62,690 nt of DNA, filler included, from Actinomycetota bacterium (GCA_025963875.1; 5 parts of 5 records of this genome joined end to end with filler, not necessarily neighbours in it), one strand, 5' to 3'; counted from the first letter of the whole stretch, positions 49,459 through 60,163 are shown. A program made the numbers and translations. The notes: generated by a model not told the origin, from the sequence alone.

Positions 49459-50044
49459 GCACGTTCGCGGTCTTGGACTGCCCGTACGCCAGCCCGGGGT
49501 CGTATGGCCGGGTCGTGAAGTTGATGTCCTCGAAGATCACGGCCGAGTTCAGGTGGCCCCGGGAGCTGAGGGAGACGATCCGCGCATTGCCGGCGGTGGC
49601 GAGTGCGTCGTGCAGACCGAGCGCGAGCTCGAAGTGGCCGAGATGGTTGGTGGCGAACTGCATCTCCCAGCCATCAGGAGTCAGCTGTAGGTCGGGAAGG
49701 CGCATCACCCCGGCGTTGTTCACCAGCAGGTGCAGTGGACCGCTCCAGCCTGCGACAAACGCCGCGATCGACGATCGGTCGGCGAGGTCGAGCGGCGCGA
49801 CCATGACCCGCATGTTGCCGACGGTGGCCATAATGTCCGCAGCGGTGCGCTCGCCGGCCTCGAGGTTGCGCACCGCGATCGTCACCTCGGCATTCGCGCC
49901 GGCCAGCGCTCGGGCGGTCTCGACGCCGATGCCTGATGCGCCACCGGTCACGATGGCGCGCCGGCCGGTCAGGTCGATACCCGCGATGACCTCAGCCGCG
50001 GTCGACTGTGCACCGAAACGGGTGGTTATGCGCTCACTGTCCAT
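49459..50044 (-). CDS. SDR oxidoreductase, retinol-dehydrogenase-like (3' truncated)
   Basis: TGGASGIG, NNAGVM, NHLGHF and YGQSK. Confidence 0.9.
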
Positions 50045-50081
50045 TCCTGTTACCTCTCTTTCCGCGGCTTTCGATAGGCCC

Positions 50082-51029
50082 CTAGAGGGAGCTCCGTGCC
50101 GGCGTGAACGGCAGAGCCTTCGTCGCCGTGCCTTCCGGAGCGAAGTTGTTGATCGACTGAATGTCTTCACGACTCAGCTCGACGTCTTGCGCATCGAGGT
50201 TTTCCCGAATGTGCGCAATGCTGGTGGTGCCGGGAATGGGCATGATCGCGGGCGATCGTTCCAGCAACCAGGCGAGTGTGATCTGAGCGACGGTCGCCCC
50301 GTGCCGGGACGCAATGGGCTCGAGTACGCGACGAACCGCTTCCGGACCGCCGGTGTCCGTGGCTGAGCCAGGCACGGTGAGCGACACCGGTTGCCACGGG
50401 ACAAAGACCGCTCCCGCCTCCAGGGCAGCGCCGAGAAGGGGGGCCTGCTGGCGATCGACGACGTTGAAGTGGGCGGTGACGGCGGCGATATCGACGATCT
50501 GACGTGCGGCGCGCAGTTGGTTGGGGGTCACGTTCGAGAGACCGATATGCCGGATCAAGCCAAGCTGGCGCAGCTCCGCGAGCGTGCCGACCTGGTCTTC
50601 GAATGAGGCATCCTTCGCTCGGCCGCTGTGCAAATAGTACAGGTCGATCCGCTCGACACTGAGGCGCCGAGCGCTCATGTAGGCACACTGCCGAAGATAG
50701 TTGGCGTTGCCGACCGCGTCGATCGTCGAGAACTCCAAGCCCCCTCGCACGAAGCCTCCCTTGGTTGCGATAACCAGGTGCTCGGGGTAGGGGTGGAGGG
50801 CTTCACGGATCAGCAGTTCATTGGTGTGGGGTCCGTAGAGGTCAGCGGTGGCGATCAGCGTCACACCGGCTTCGATGGCCTGTCTCAGAAGCGCGATCCC
50901 GCTGTCACGGTCGGCGTATTCGCCCCATAGGTTCGGCCCGGTGAGCCGCATTGCGCCGTAGCCAATACGACCGACCTGGAGGTCGCCGCCGATTGTGATC
51001 GGGTCGCGGAGTTCGCGGGTGTGGATCAT
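50082..51029 (-). CDS. Aldo/keto reductase
   Basis: GYGAMRL, TADLYG, IATKGG, IDLYYLH, IGLSN and PIPGT. Confidence 0.92.
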   Translation of the reverse strand: MIHTRELRDPITIGGDLQVGRIGYGAMRLTGPNLWGEYADRDSGIALLRQAIEAGVTLIATADLYGPHTNELLIREALHPYPEHLVIATKGGFVRGGLEFSTIDAVGNANYLRQCAYMSARRLSVERIDLYYLHSGRAKDASFEDQVGTLAELRQLGLIRHIGLSNVTPNQLRAARQIVDIAAVTAHFNVVDRQQAPLLGAALEAGAVFVPWQPVSLTVPGSATDTGGPEAVRRVLEPIASRHGATVAQITLAWLLERSPAIMPIPGTTSIAHIRENLDAQDVELSREDIQSINNFAPEGTATKALPFTPARSSL

Positions 51030-51093
51030 CTTGGGCCTCCCTGGAGGTAGGGCCGCTGGAGAGGAAACCGAGGCAGCCATCCTGTACGATGGA

Positions 51094-51144
51094 AGCGGAG
51101 GTTCCTCCGCTACAGGCCTCACCATAACCGGAGGTGGCTCCGTT
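51094..51144. promoter_or_regulatory. Two palindromic TetR-type operators
   Basis: agcggagg-tt-cctccgct (51094-51111) and accggaggtggctccgtt (51127-51144) between divergent genes. Confidence 0.7.
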
Positions 51145-51168
51145 TGTCAAGGTTGAAGGAGGAATCCT

Positions 51169-51786
51169 CTGTCGCCCGCCCAGGCCCGTCGGCTGCGAGC
51201 CGATGCCCAGCGCAATCGGGACCGGCTGCTCGAGGTCGCCCTGCGAGCCTTCTCGCACGATGGCCCCGACGCGACGCTGGAGTCGATCGCCGGCGATGCA
51301 GGTGTCGGCATCGGCACGTTGTACCGCCACTTCCCAACCCGTGAGGCGCTGATCGAAGCCGCCTATCGCAGCGAGCTGGCCCGGCTCTGCGCCGGTGTTC
51401 CCGAGTTGATCCAGACCCTGCCTGCCGATGTCGCATTGCGGACATGGATGGATAGGTTCATCGATTACCTGGCCACCAAGCGCGGCATGGCCGAGGCTCT
51501 GCGAAGGGTGATCGCATCGGGGGGCAACCCATTCGCCGAGACTCGCGAGAGCCTGCTCGAGGCCATTGACGGCCTGCTGAAAGCGGGCGCTGCACGGGGA
51601 GAGCTCCGAGGCGATGTCGATCCTGCCGACGTCATGTTCGGCATCAGCGGCGTTTCCCTAGTCGCTGGAGAGCCCGAACAGCGCCATCAGGCCGGCCGGT
51701 TGCTCGACCTTCTCCTAGACGGCCTTCGCTACAGCCGCGCGGGCCGCACGCCGGCGTCTACTGACGGACAGGTTTCCAGCAGATAG
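51169..51786 (+). CDS. TetR family regulator (probable CTG start)
   Basis: LRADAQRNRDRLL..AGVGIGTLYRHFPTREAL; AAGGAGG SD before CTG; in-frame stop at 51154. Confidence 0.88.
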   Translation: MSPAQARRLRADAQRNRDRLLEVALRAFSHDGPDATLESIAGDAGVGIGTLYRHFPTREALIEAAYRSELARLCAGVPELIQTLPADVALRTWMDRFIDYLATKRGMAEALRRVIASGGNPFAETRESLLEAIDGLLKAGAARGELRGDVDPADVMFGISGVSLVAGEPEQRHQAGRLLDLLLDGLRYSRAGRTPASTDGQVSSR

Positions 51787-52087
51787 AGAGTTCCAAGGGC
51801 AGGGGACGAGGACCCTTAGGTTGTCGCCTGATCTTCGAGCACAGCGCCGCGAGGAGGTCAAGGCCGCCCAAATGGCTCATCACGCGTTTCCGGACGCTGC
51901 GCAGGTGCGAGGGATAGGCAGGGGCCAAGGTGTGTAGCCCGTCATCGGTGAGCCGGGCCACCTGGCCGCGACCGTCCACTGTTCAACGGCTCCGGTCGAC
52001 CAGGCCACGGCGGGTGAGCCGCTCGACCACGCTGGTCAGCCCGCTCGGGATGAGCACAGCGTGCACGGCGAGTTCACTCATCCGCAT
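51758..52087 (-). pseudogene. MarR regulator remnant with an internal stop
   Basis: RMSELA..SGLTSVVERL..RGLVDRSR*TVDGRG..LTDDG; TGA at 51983-51985; N-terminus missing. Confidence 0.65.
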
Positions 52088-52310
52088 TTATCTGTAACGG
52101 TGTTTCCGACGTGGCCGTGACGTCTGGCATTGCCGACGATGACGATCAGGTCGGCGGAGGCGATGGCGGCGTCACCGGTGTCGATGCCTTCCTGGTAGAT
52201 AGCCAGGACGGTATTGGTCGGGAGTTGCTCTGTGTCCGATAAGCAGGTGCGGCCGGGCGATGCACGATCTCGGTCAACGGGGGTGACGCATTGACCAGGT
52301 AACGTTCCGA

Positions 52311-53045
52311 TCAGATTTGGGCCAGTCCGCCGTCGACGGACAGGTCGATGCCGGTAACGAAGCTGGAGTCGTCACTGGCCAAAAACAGTGCAACCTTGGC
52401 GATGTCGGCGGGCTGGCCCAGCCGCTTCAAGGGGATCAGGGCGGCGACCTGTTCTCGGAATTCCGGTGGTGTGCCGGCAATCATCGCGGTGTCGGTCGGC
52501 CCGGGGCTCAGGACGTTGACGCGGATACCGCGCTCTGCCAGTTCGGCGGCCCAGGTGCGCGCGAAGGAGCGTAGGGCTGCTTTCGTGGCGGCGTAGACGC
52601 TTTGACCGGGAATGCCTTTGCCCCACACAGTTGACCCGTTGAGGATGATCGACCCGCCGTTGCTCATCAGCGGAAGCAGTTTCTGCACGGTGAACAGCGC
52701 GCCGCGGGCGTTGACGCCGAACACGGTGTCAAAGGAGTCCTCGGTGACCGCGGTGAGAGGCTCTTCGACGGTGCCGATCCCTGCGCTGACGTAGAGGACG
52801 TCGACGCGGCCGTGTCCGGCACGTACCGCGTCGACGAGGAGGTCGAGATCGCGCGGATTACCCGAGTCGCTGCGTACACCGGTGACATTGCCGCCGATTT
52901 CGCTGACTGCGTCGTCGAGTTGGTCTTTGCGGCGGCCGGTGATGTAGACGTGAGCCCCTTCGGTGACGAAGAGTTTGGCTGCGGCCAGAGCCATGCCTGC
53001 GGTGGCTCCGGTGATGACTGCGACTTGTCCATGCAGTTTTGTCAT
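52311..53045 (-). CDS. SDR oxidoreductase
   Basis: TGATAGMA, YAATK, VNVLSPGP and VDGG. Confidence 0.92.
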   Translation of the reverse strand: MTKLHGQVAVITGATAGMALAAAKLFVTEGAHVYITGRRKDQLDDAVSEIGGNVTGVRSDSGNPRDLDLLVDAVRAGHGRVDVLYVSAGIGTVEEPLTAVTEDSFDTVFGVNARGALFTVQKLLPLMSNGGSIILNGSTVWGKGIPGQSVYAATKAALRSFARTWAAELAERGIRVNVLSPGPTDTAMIAGTPPEFREQVAALIPLKRLGQPADIAKVALFLASDDSSFVTGIDLSVDGGLAQI

Positions 53046-53104
53046 GGGCCGTGTCTTCCTGTGTGCGTTGACCATTGGGGTCCCAGGGTGCCAGCCGAGG
53101 TTGC

Positions 53105-53965
53105 TCAGCCGAAGTCTGGTTGGCGCGCCAACCACCGCGGCACGTTCTCGACATCGGGGACTAGAGAGCGGGTGCGGGCGAAGTCGGCGCGAAAGGACGG
53201 CGGAGTGGCGAACCAACGGAACATACTCTTGACGTCGTCGTTTGAGCCTAGGACATCCAGCGGTACTTGGACGAATGTGGCGGCCGCGCCGAAACGCTGT
53301 GCGACCAGTTGGGCGATCCGCTCGCCCGTCACCTCGTCTCCGGCGATCTCGACCGGCGCCGTATCCGGCTCCCGTCGCGTAAGTAGGACGGCGGCCGCCT
53401 TGCCGATGTCTTGCACCGAAATCATCTGCAGCGGCACATCTCCCGGCATCGGCATCCGGACGAGCAGCTCGGCGCCATCGCGGGCGATCACCCCCGGCAG
53501 GTTCTCCATGAAGAATGTCGGCCGGATGAAGTTCACCGGGACCGAGCCGATGAGGAATTCCTCGATGCGTCTCTTGCTCTCGAAGTGCGGGATGCCGGTA
53601 TTTCGCTCAGCGCCGCCGACCGAGCTGTAGACCAGGAACGGCAGCCCTGCTCCCTGCGCGGCGTCAAGGATCGCACGGCCATGCGAGATCTCGCCTTCGG
53701 TGCCGCGGGGCGCTGTGAAGCTAGTCATCGCGAAGGCGGCCGCGGCGCCCTCGAAAGCGACGCGGATGGACTCAGGGGTTTCCAGGTCGGCGGCGACCAC
53801 GGCCACATCCCGCTTGGTCAGTGCGCGGGCCGCGGCGCTATCGACGTTGCGGGTGATGGCGCGGACCGGCAATCCGCGGTCGAGCAGCGCGTCGACTGTT
53901 GCCGAGCCCTGCTGACCGGTTGCTCCGAGGACCGCGATCGGGGCGGTGAGGTCTGTGGGGCTCAT
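53105..53965 (-). CDS. NmrA family NAD(P)-binding protein
   Basis: GATGQQG, PHFESK and RPTFFMEN. Confidence 0.9.
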   Translation of the reverse strand: MSPTDLTAPIAVLGATGQQGSATVDALLDRGLPVRAITRNVDSAAARALTKRDVAVVAADLETPESIRVAFEGAAAAFAMTSFTAPRGTEGEISHGRAILDAAQGAGLPFLVYSSVGGAERNTGIPHFESKRRIEEFLIGSVPVNFIRPTFFMENLPGVIARDGAELLVRMPMPGDVPLQMISVQDIGKAAAVLLTRREPDTAPVEIAGDEVTGERIAQLVAQRFGAAATFVQVPLDVLGSNDDVKSMFRWFATPPSFRADFARTRSLVPDVENVPRWLARQPDFG

Positions 53966-54122
53966 CGGGTGTCCTTCTGGTACGTGGGGAATCGGGAGGG
54001 ATGGATTCCGGTGGGGTGAATCGCGGTGTGGGGAGTCAACATTGGGACACTCAGGTCGCGCGGCAAGCAAGCGTGACGTACAGCAGGGCGGGTCTGCACC
54101 TGCCCGGCGGTGCCTCCGTCGT

Positions 54123-55049
54123 TCACGGTCGCAGCACCAACTTGCCATGGGTGTGGCGCAGTTCGAGCTCCCGGTACGCGTCCCGCACATCGTCGAGGGC
54201 GAAGACTCCGGCGATCGGCACTTCCAGCTCACCCCGTGCGACGAGGTCGGCCAACTCGGCGACCACTGCTGCGGTCGCGGCATCCGCGCCGCCTGCCGAC
54301 TGGACCCCGAACCGCTTCACGGCATCGAAATCGGTGATGGTGTCGACCCTGTCGCGCGGGACTCCGAGGTCCTCGACCGCCATGGCGACATACCCACCAC
54401 CGAAGAAATCCAGCAAGGCGTCGATGTGTCCGGACTGTGCTGCGGCGCGCAGCCGGGCCGGCAGGTCGTCACCATAGTTGACCGGGACCGCGCCATGGTC
54501 GGCGAGCCAGGCATCGTTGGACGGCCCGGCGATGCCGAGGACCGTGGCCCCGGCGCGTCGGGCGAGTTGAACCGCGATCGAACCGACACCGCCGGCCGCA
54601 CCCGCGATCGCTACCGTATCCCCAGGTACGAGGCGCACCGCCCGCACCGCGCCGTAGGCGGTGGCCCCCGCGACAAACAGCGAGCCGGCCACCTCCCAGG
54701 AAACCTCCGACGGCTTGGCGGTCAACTGGTTTGCCGGCACCGTCACGTATTCGGCGTGGCTGGACCGCCGCATGGAGAACCCGATCACCTCGTCGCCGAC
54801 AGCGAAACCGGTGACGCCGGAACCGAGTTCGGCCACCACCCCCGCCAGGTCGCTGCCCTGCCCGGACGGAAACGTCGCAGGAAACAGATCGCGCACGGCA
54901 CCCGCGCGAATCGCCGCCTCACTGATATTGATGCCGGCTGCCCTGACCTCGACCAGAACCTCACCGGCTCCCGGAACAGGGCGGGGCACGTCGCGCACCT
55001 CGAGGACGTCGATGCCGCCGTACGAATCGAACTGCACTGCTTTCGTCAT
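54123..55049 (-). CDS. NADP-dependent MDR oxidoreductase (quinone reductase-like)
   Basis: VRAAGIN, GSDLAGVV, GAAGGVG and GKLVL. Confidence 0.9.
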   Translation of the reverse strand: MTKAVQFDSYGGIDVLEVRDVPRPVPGAGEVLVEVRAAGINISEAAIRAGAVRDLFPATFPSGQGSDLAGVVAELGSGVTGFAVGDEVIGFSMRRSSHAEYVTVPANQLTAKPSEVSWEVAGSLFVAGATAYGAVRAVRLVPGDTVAIAGAAGGVGSIAVQLARRAGATVLGIAGPSNDAWLADHGAVPVNYGDDLPARLRAAAQSGHIDALLDFFGGGYVAMAVEDLGVPRDRVDTITDFDAVKRFGVQSAGGADAATAAVVAELADLVARGELEVPIAGVFALDDVRDAYRELELRHTHGKLVLRP

Positions 55050-55591
55050 GAACTTAGCCGCTCGGCAATGGGCGCAGCGACCGCCGACGCGAAGTCGCGC
55101 ATCACGCCAATTTGGGCGAGCATGGTGCTGACCATCACGTAGCAGTTGAACATCTCGATCTTGCCGTCGCGTAGGTACCAGAAGTCGGCAGTCGGGACGT
55201 CGACCTTCGCTCCCGTCGGCTGGACGATGCCGGCAGGGGTCTCCAGCGGCCCGAGGAAGGTGCCCTGAATCGACACCTCGACGGCGACCGTGTCGCCAAG
55301 CACGGTGACGCGGTGCAGCTCCCGATGGACATCGGGGAATTGGTTGGCCACGCTGAGGACAACCTCGCCGAGTTGCTCGCCCCGATAGCTCTCCTGGCCG
55401 CCGACGTTGTCGACATCCTCTACAACCTCTCCAGCGTGGCCGCCGCCCTGGCGATGGTCGCGTCTGCCGGAGTGCCCCAGGTTGATCACGCCGTCCTCGG
55501 CGAAGCTGCCGACAAACCCGGCGATGTCCAGGACGCTGCCCTCCGCCGTGTGGTAGGCGTGCCGGACGATTGCTCCATTGTCGTACGTCAT
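55046..55591 (-). CDS. SnoaL/NTF2-like protein
   Basis: FAEDG, FPDVHRE, GTFLGP..PTG and DGKI. Confidence 0.8.
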   Translation of the reverse strand: MTYDNGAIVRHAYHTAEGSVLDIAGFVGSFAEDGVINLGHSGRRDHRQGGGHAGEVVEDVDNVGGQESYRGEQLGEVVLSVANQFPDVHRELHRVTVLGDTVAVEVSIQGTFLGPLETPAGIVQPTGAKVDVPTADFWYLRDGKIEMFNCYVMVSTMLAQIGVMRDFASAVAAPIAERLSS

Positions 55592-55867
55592 CTCGCTCCC
55601 CTTATCCGGTGTGTTGGAGCGTCCCGGCTTGCTGCGCGGGTCACATCCCGATGATGACTGCCCCAGGAAGGCGGCACCCCAGGGATTCTCCCGGGTCCTG
55701 CGGTAGCGCTTATGGGGCCAGCACCCCTTCGACTGATCGGCTTGAAGGTCGGATTATCCGGCGCGTGCCCGGCACTTTCCCTGGGGTACGCAGAGGCGCT
55801 CGGCCGCATAGTGGAGAGCACCTCAGGACGCCCTCGCACAGCCGGTGCTGAGACTGGAGAAGAGTCG

Positions 55868-56782
55868 ATGAGCAAACAGCAGCAACTGGAGTTGGACGCC
55901 ATATTGCGCCAGGGCCAGCTCGACTTCGGAGCCGACGTCCCGACGTTGCGGGCTGCGCTCAACGATCTGATGGCCCGTGTCCCGGTGGCCGGCGATGTCC
56001 ATCAGAAACCCACGACGATCGGCGGCGTCGGCGCCCTCGAGGTCACAATCCAGGGCACGGACGCCGCGAACGTGATCCTCTATTTCCACGGCGGCGTCTA
56101 CGTCATCGGCTCGGCCGCAACTTCGGTCCCCTTGGTGGGCGATCTGGCCCGGCGAACAGGCGCCAAGGCCGTCATCGTCGATTACCGGCTAGCTCCCGAA
56201 CACCCCTATCCGGCCGCGGTCGAAGACGCCCAAGCCGCCTACGAGGGACTTCTCGGTCAGGGCATCGACCCTGGCCAGATCGCTCTCGCCGGCGAGTCGG
56301 CCGGAGGTGGGCTGGCGGTGGCCACCCTCCTCGCCTTAAGAGACGCCGGCACGCCGCTGCCCTCCTGTGCCTTCTTGATGTCGCCCTATGCAGACCTGAC
56401 GCTCTCAGGCGATACCATCCTCGACAAGCAGGCGGTCGATCCGATCCTCACGCCAGATGGCCTCCGCCTCCGGGTCCCGGACTACGTAGCCGCAGCGGAC
56501 GCCGCTGACCCGCATATCAGCCCGGTATTCGGCGATTTCAGCAGATTACCGCCGCTTCTGATCCAAGTGGGTTCGCACGAGATCCTGCTCAGCGACGCTC
56601 TCACGCTCGCCGCACGGGCAGCCACCGCCGACGTGCCGATCACCCTCGAGGTCACCTCCGGCGTCCCACACGTGTTCCAAGGTTTTGCTGCCGTCCTCGA
56701 CGAGGGGGATGCGGCGCTCGACCGGGCATCGGCCTTTTTGAAGACGCAATTCGTGGCCACCCAGTCCACCCGAGCGGCTTGA
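55868..56782 (+). CDS. Alpha/beta hydrolase, HSL family esterase
   Basis: HGGVY, DYRLAPEHPYPAA, GESAGG and HVFQ. Confidence 0.92.
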   Translation: MSKQQQLELDAILRQGQLDFGADVPTLRAALNDLMARVPVAGDVHQKPTTIGGVGALEVTIQGTDAANVILYFHGGVYVIGSAATSVPLVGDLARRTGAKAVIVDYRLAPEHPYPAAVEDAQAAYEGLLGQGIDPGQIALAGESAGGGLAVATLLALRDAGTPLPSCAFLMSPYADLTLSGDTILDKQAVDPILTPDGLRLRVPDYVAAADAADPHISPVFGDFSRLPPLLIQVGSHEILLSDALTLAARAATADVPITLEVTSGVPHVFQGFAAVLDEGDAALDRASAFLKTQFVATQSTRAA

Positions 56783-57104
56783 TCTCCGAGCCGGGTATCG
56801 GAGAATGCCGACGTTACATCTCCGTCGCAAGCGTCGAGGTGACCGGCGACCACGGGACCTCGTCTCGACCCAGCCGTGGACTCCGAGCTCTGCGCACCTA
56901 CGGCACCGCTGAGCTGGTTCGAACGGCACGGCCAATTCGGGCCGGCGCCCTACATGCATCACACCCACGACGTCGTGGAGCTGGAACCTCGAAGCACTGC
57001 CGTTCTCCCACGACCGCGAGGTCGTCGTCGATCGCACCGTCCACGAAGCGCCCGTCGGGCAGAACTGACGCGCCGCTGACCGGACGACACACGAGGAGGC
57101 TGAG

Positions 57105-57554
57105 ATGCCGGAAGCGAACAACTGGAACGACAAGATCATCACGGAGTTCCGCGCAAATGGCGGCCTTGTCGGCGGCAACTTCGAGGGCACGCCCGTCACG
57201 CTCGTACACCACCGCGGCCGCAACAGTGGACGCTGGTACGTCAACCCGATCATGTACCTACCTGACGATGCTGACAACGACGCGATCTACGTGTTCGCAA
57301 CCAAGGGCGGAGCACCGTCGAACCCGGACTGGTACTACAACCTCACCGCCGCCGGCCAGGGCACCGTCGAACGCGGCACGGAGACGTACCCCGTGACCGT
57401 CCGCGAGCTCCAGGGCGACGAGCGCGACCGCATCTACGACGAGCAGGCGCGCCGATACCCGGGCTTCGCCGACTACGCGAAGCGCACTGCCGGCCTCAGA
57501 ACGATCCCGGTGCTGGAGCTGAAGCGCTCCTCCGGACACATACTGGGCGCGTAG
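57105..57554 (+). CDS. Deazaflavin (F420)-dependent nitroreductase family protein
   Basis: IITEFRANGG, ATKGGAPSNPDWYYNL and RTIPV. Confidence 0.9.
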   Translation: MPEANNWNDKIITEFRANGGLVGGNFEGTPVTLVHHRGRNSGRWYVNPIMYLPDDADNDAIYVFATKGGAPSNPDWYYNLTAAGQGTVERGTETYPVTVRELQGDERDRIYDEQARRYPGFADYAKRTAGLRTIPVLELKRSSGHILGA

Positions 57555-58319
57555 CAGCGCGAGGACCGCAAGCCTGCTGAGGCGCGTCGTGCCATCGACC
57601 ATCGGCGCACTGAATAGCGGTGCGACAGCGTCCCTGATCGCCCGCGTAGAGGCGCACAGAATGACGGCGAGTAGTCCCGCCGACGACGCGCCCGATTCGG
57701 CGGTCTGTAGCCGTTGAGGCCGGATTGGAAGCGGCTCGGCCACCACGCTCGGTGTTGGCCGCCGCTAGGCAGATCGTGGCCGCGTCCGGGCAGTTTCCGA
57801 TGGCCGCCAACACCAGGGATATTCCCTGGGGTGGGAGCGCGCCTGCGTCTGGCACCATCGACCTATGGCGAGTCACCAACACCGTCTCGGCGAGCCGGCA
57901 CATGTCTGGCACCAACGGCTCCTCCGGTCGGTGGGTCGGGAATATCCCGCCGAGCAGTTGCCCCTGCACGCCGAGTTTCGCTGGCTACCTTCGCCACTCC
58001 GAGCCTCGGCGCCACCACACTCGCCCGCTGGCGTTCGCTGGAGGACGTCGTTGTGGCCGCCCCCGTCGCCGCCGATCCCGACATCAACGTCAACGAGATC
58101 CGATCGGTCGTCGTCGTCTCGTTCGCCGCGCCACGTGACGGTCGGACGTTGCCTTGCAGAGGGTGGCACCGAAGACGTTCGGGCCTCGCTAACGCGGCCA
58201 CGGAACGGGTCAGTCGGCCTCGCACTCCGGCAGCCGCGAATGAGAGGTGGGCCGCCCCAACCGCCGACGGCCGAGAGGTCAGCCGCCACGCAGAGCCCTC
58301 GTCCTCGGAAAGGTTCGAT

Positions 58320-59351
58320 ATGACCGCTACGGCCATCTCCCACAGCAGCGCTGCCATGATCGACGTGGAGGGCGTCAGCAAGGCATTTGGCGAGACCAAA
58401 GCCCTTGTCGGCGTCGACCTGAGCGTCCCGGCGGGGAGCGTGCAGGGCCTGCTGGGACCCAACGGGGCCGGGAAGACCACCCTGGTGCGGATCTTGGCCA
58501 CTCTCCTCGCCCCCGACGCCGGACATGCACGGATCAGCGGGGTCAACGTCCAGGACGACCCTGACACTGTTCGAAGCCTCATCGGCCTGGCCGGCCAATA
58601 CGCCGCGGTCGACGAAACCCTCACCGGACGAGAGAACTTGGTGATGATCGGCCGGCTCTACCGACTGAGCCGACAAGTGGCCAAGACGCGAGCCCAGGAA
58701 TCGCTCGACAGGCTCGGCCTGCTCGAGGCGGCCGACCGGCCAGTCAAGACCTACTCGGGAGGCATGCGACGCCGCCTCGACCTGGGCGCCAGCCTTGTCG
58801 GCCGCCCACAGGTCCTCATCCTCGACGAACCGACCACCGGACTGGACCCCCGGACTCGCCTCGACACGTGGGCGTTCATCCGCGACCTGGTCGCCGACGG
58901 CACCACCGTGCTCCTCACCACGCAATACCTGGAGGAAGCCGACCAGCTCGCGGACCACATCGTGGTCATCGACCGGGGCAAGGTGATCGCGTCGGGCACC
59001 TCGGCTGAGTTGAAGTCACGACTCGGCAGCGACCTCATCGAGGTGGAGGTATCGGCCGGCGACCTAGAGCCGGCATTGGCCGCACTCACCGAGGTCGGAT
59101 GCAGGAAGGCGACGGTCGACACGGAGCGTTCGCGGATCACGATCCCGACCTGCGACGCGGTGGCAGACCTCATGGCCGCCCTGCGCTATCTCGACCACGC
59201 CGGGATCACCCCGAGAGACCTGGGGCTGCGACACCCCTCGCTCGACGATGTGTTCCTGTCGCTCACCGGACGCAACACCGCCGACGAAGACCCCGAACCG
59301 GCTTCCATCACAGGGCGCCGAACGCGCGGGCCGGCGGCCAGCCGACCGTGA
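58320..59351 (+). CDS. ABC exporter ATP-binding subunit (DrrA-like)
   Basis: GPNGAGKTT, YSGGMRRR, LDEPTTGLDP and TTQYLEEAD. Confidence 0.93.
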   Translation: MTATAISHSSAAMIDVEGVSKAFGETKALVGVDLSVPAGSVQGLLGPNGAGKTTLVRILATLLAPDAGHARISGVNVQDDPDTVRSLIGLAGQYAAVDETLTGRENLVMIGRLYRLSRQVAKTRAQESLDRLGLLEAADRPVKTYSGGMRRRLDLGASLVGRPQVLILDEPTTGLDPRTRLDTWAFIRDLVADGTTVLLTTQYLEEADQLADHIVVIDRGKVIASGTSAELKSRLGSDLIEVEVSAGDLEPALAALTEVGCRKATVDTERSRITIPTCDAVADLMAALRYLDHAGITPRDLGLRHPSLDDVFLSLTGRNTADEDPEPASITGRRTRGPAASRP

Positions 59352-60163
59352 GCGCCGTGTCCAACAAGGCGCCGATCGCCGCAGCGGTCAAGCCGGTCAA
59401 GCTACCGACTTCGGCTGTTGTCGTCGATGCCATGGTCGTCGCCCGCCGCAACCTGATACGAATCGCGCGCACACCCGAACTGCTGGTCTTCGCCACGGTG
59501 CAGCCTGTCGTGTTCGTCCTGCTGTTCCGCTACGTCTTCGGCGGGTCGATCAAAGTTCCGGGCACGAACTACGTCGACTACCTCATCCCCGGCATCATCG
59601 TCCAAACCGTCGTGTTCGGCGCCACCTCCACCGCTGTGGGCCTGTCCCAAGACATGAGCAAAGGCATCATTGACCGGTTCAGGTCACTACCCATGGCCCG
59701 CTCAGCGGTCTTGGCGGGACGAACCATCGCCGACTTGGTCCGCAACATCTTCGTGGTCGGCCTGATGATCGGCGTCGGAACCGCGGTCGGGTTCCGTTTC
59801 CACAACGGCTTCGTGCCGGCCGTGGCTGCCATCCTCGTCGCCCTCATGCTCGGCTACTGCCTGTCATGGGTCTTCGCCCTCATCGGCCTATCGGTCCCGG
59901 ACCCCGAAAGCGCCCAGCTAGCTGGCTTCCTCCCGATCTTCCCGTTGGTCTTCGCCAGCTCGGTGTTCACCTCCATCAAGTCCATGCCGGGATGGCTGCA
60001 AGCCTTCGCCAAAGTCCAGCCCATCACCCGAGCCGCCAACACCGTCCGGGCCCTCACCCAGGGAGGCGCCATCACCCGTGACCTGCTCTGGACCATTGCA
60101 TGGAGCCTCGCCACCGTGGCGGTCTTCGCCCCCCTGGCGGTCCGCCGCTACCGCAACGGTTAA
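59348..60163 (+). CDS. ABC-2 type permease (DrrB-like)
   Basis: QPVVFVLLF, YLIPG, DRFRSLPM and MPGWLQ. Confidence 0.92.
   Translation: MSAVSNKAPIAAAVKPVKLPTSAVVVDAMVVARRNLIRIARTPELLVFATVQPVVFVLLFRYVFGGSIKVPGTNYVDYLIPGIIVQTVVFGATSTAVGLSQDMSKGIIDRFRSLPMARSAVLAGRTIADLVRNIFVVGLMIGVGTAVGFRFHNGFVPAVAAILVALMLGYCLSWVFALIGLSVPDPESAQLAGFLPIFPLVFASSVFTSIKSMPGWLQAFAKVQPITRAANTVRALTQGGAITRDLLWTIAWSLATVAVFAPLAVRRYRNG

Noticed and set aside
51983..51985. In-frame TGA in the MarR fragment as possible selenocysteine
   Set aside because: The gene lacks its N-terminus, is degenerate, and has no evident SECIS; a nonsense mutation is simpler
56783..58300. Several ORFs flanking the F420-dependent reductase
   Set aside because: No recognisable motifs or codon bias; probably remnants or non-coding
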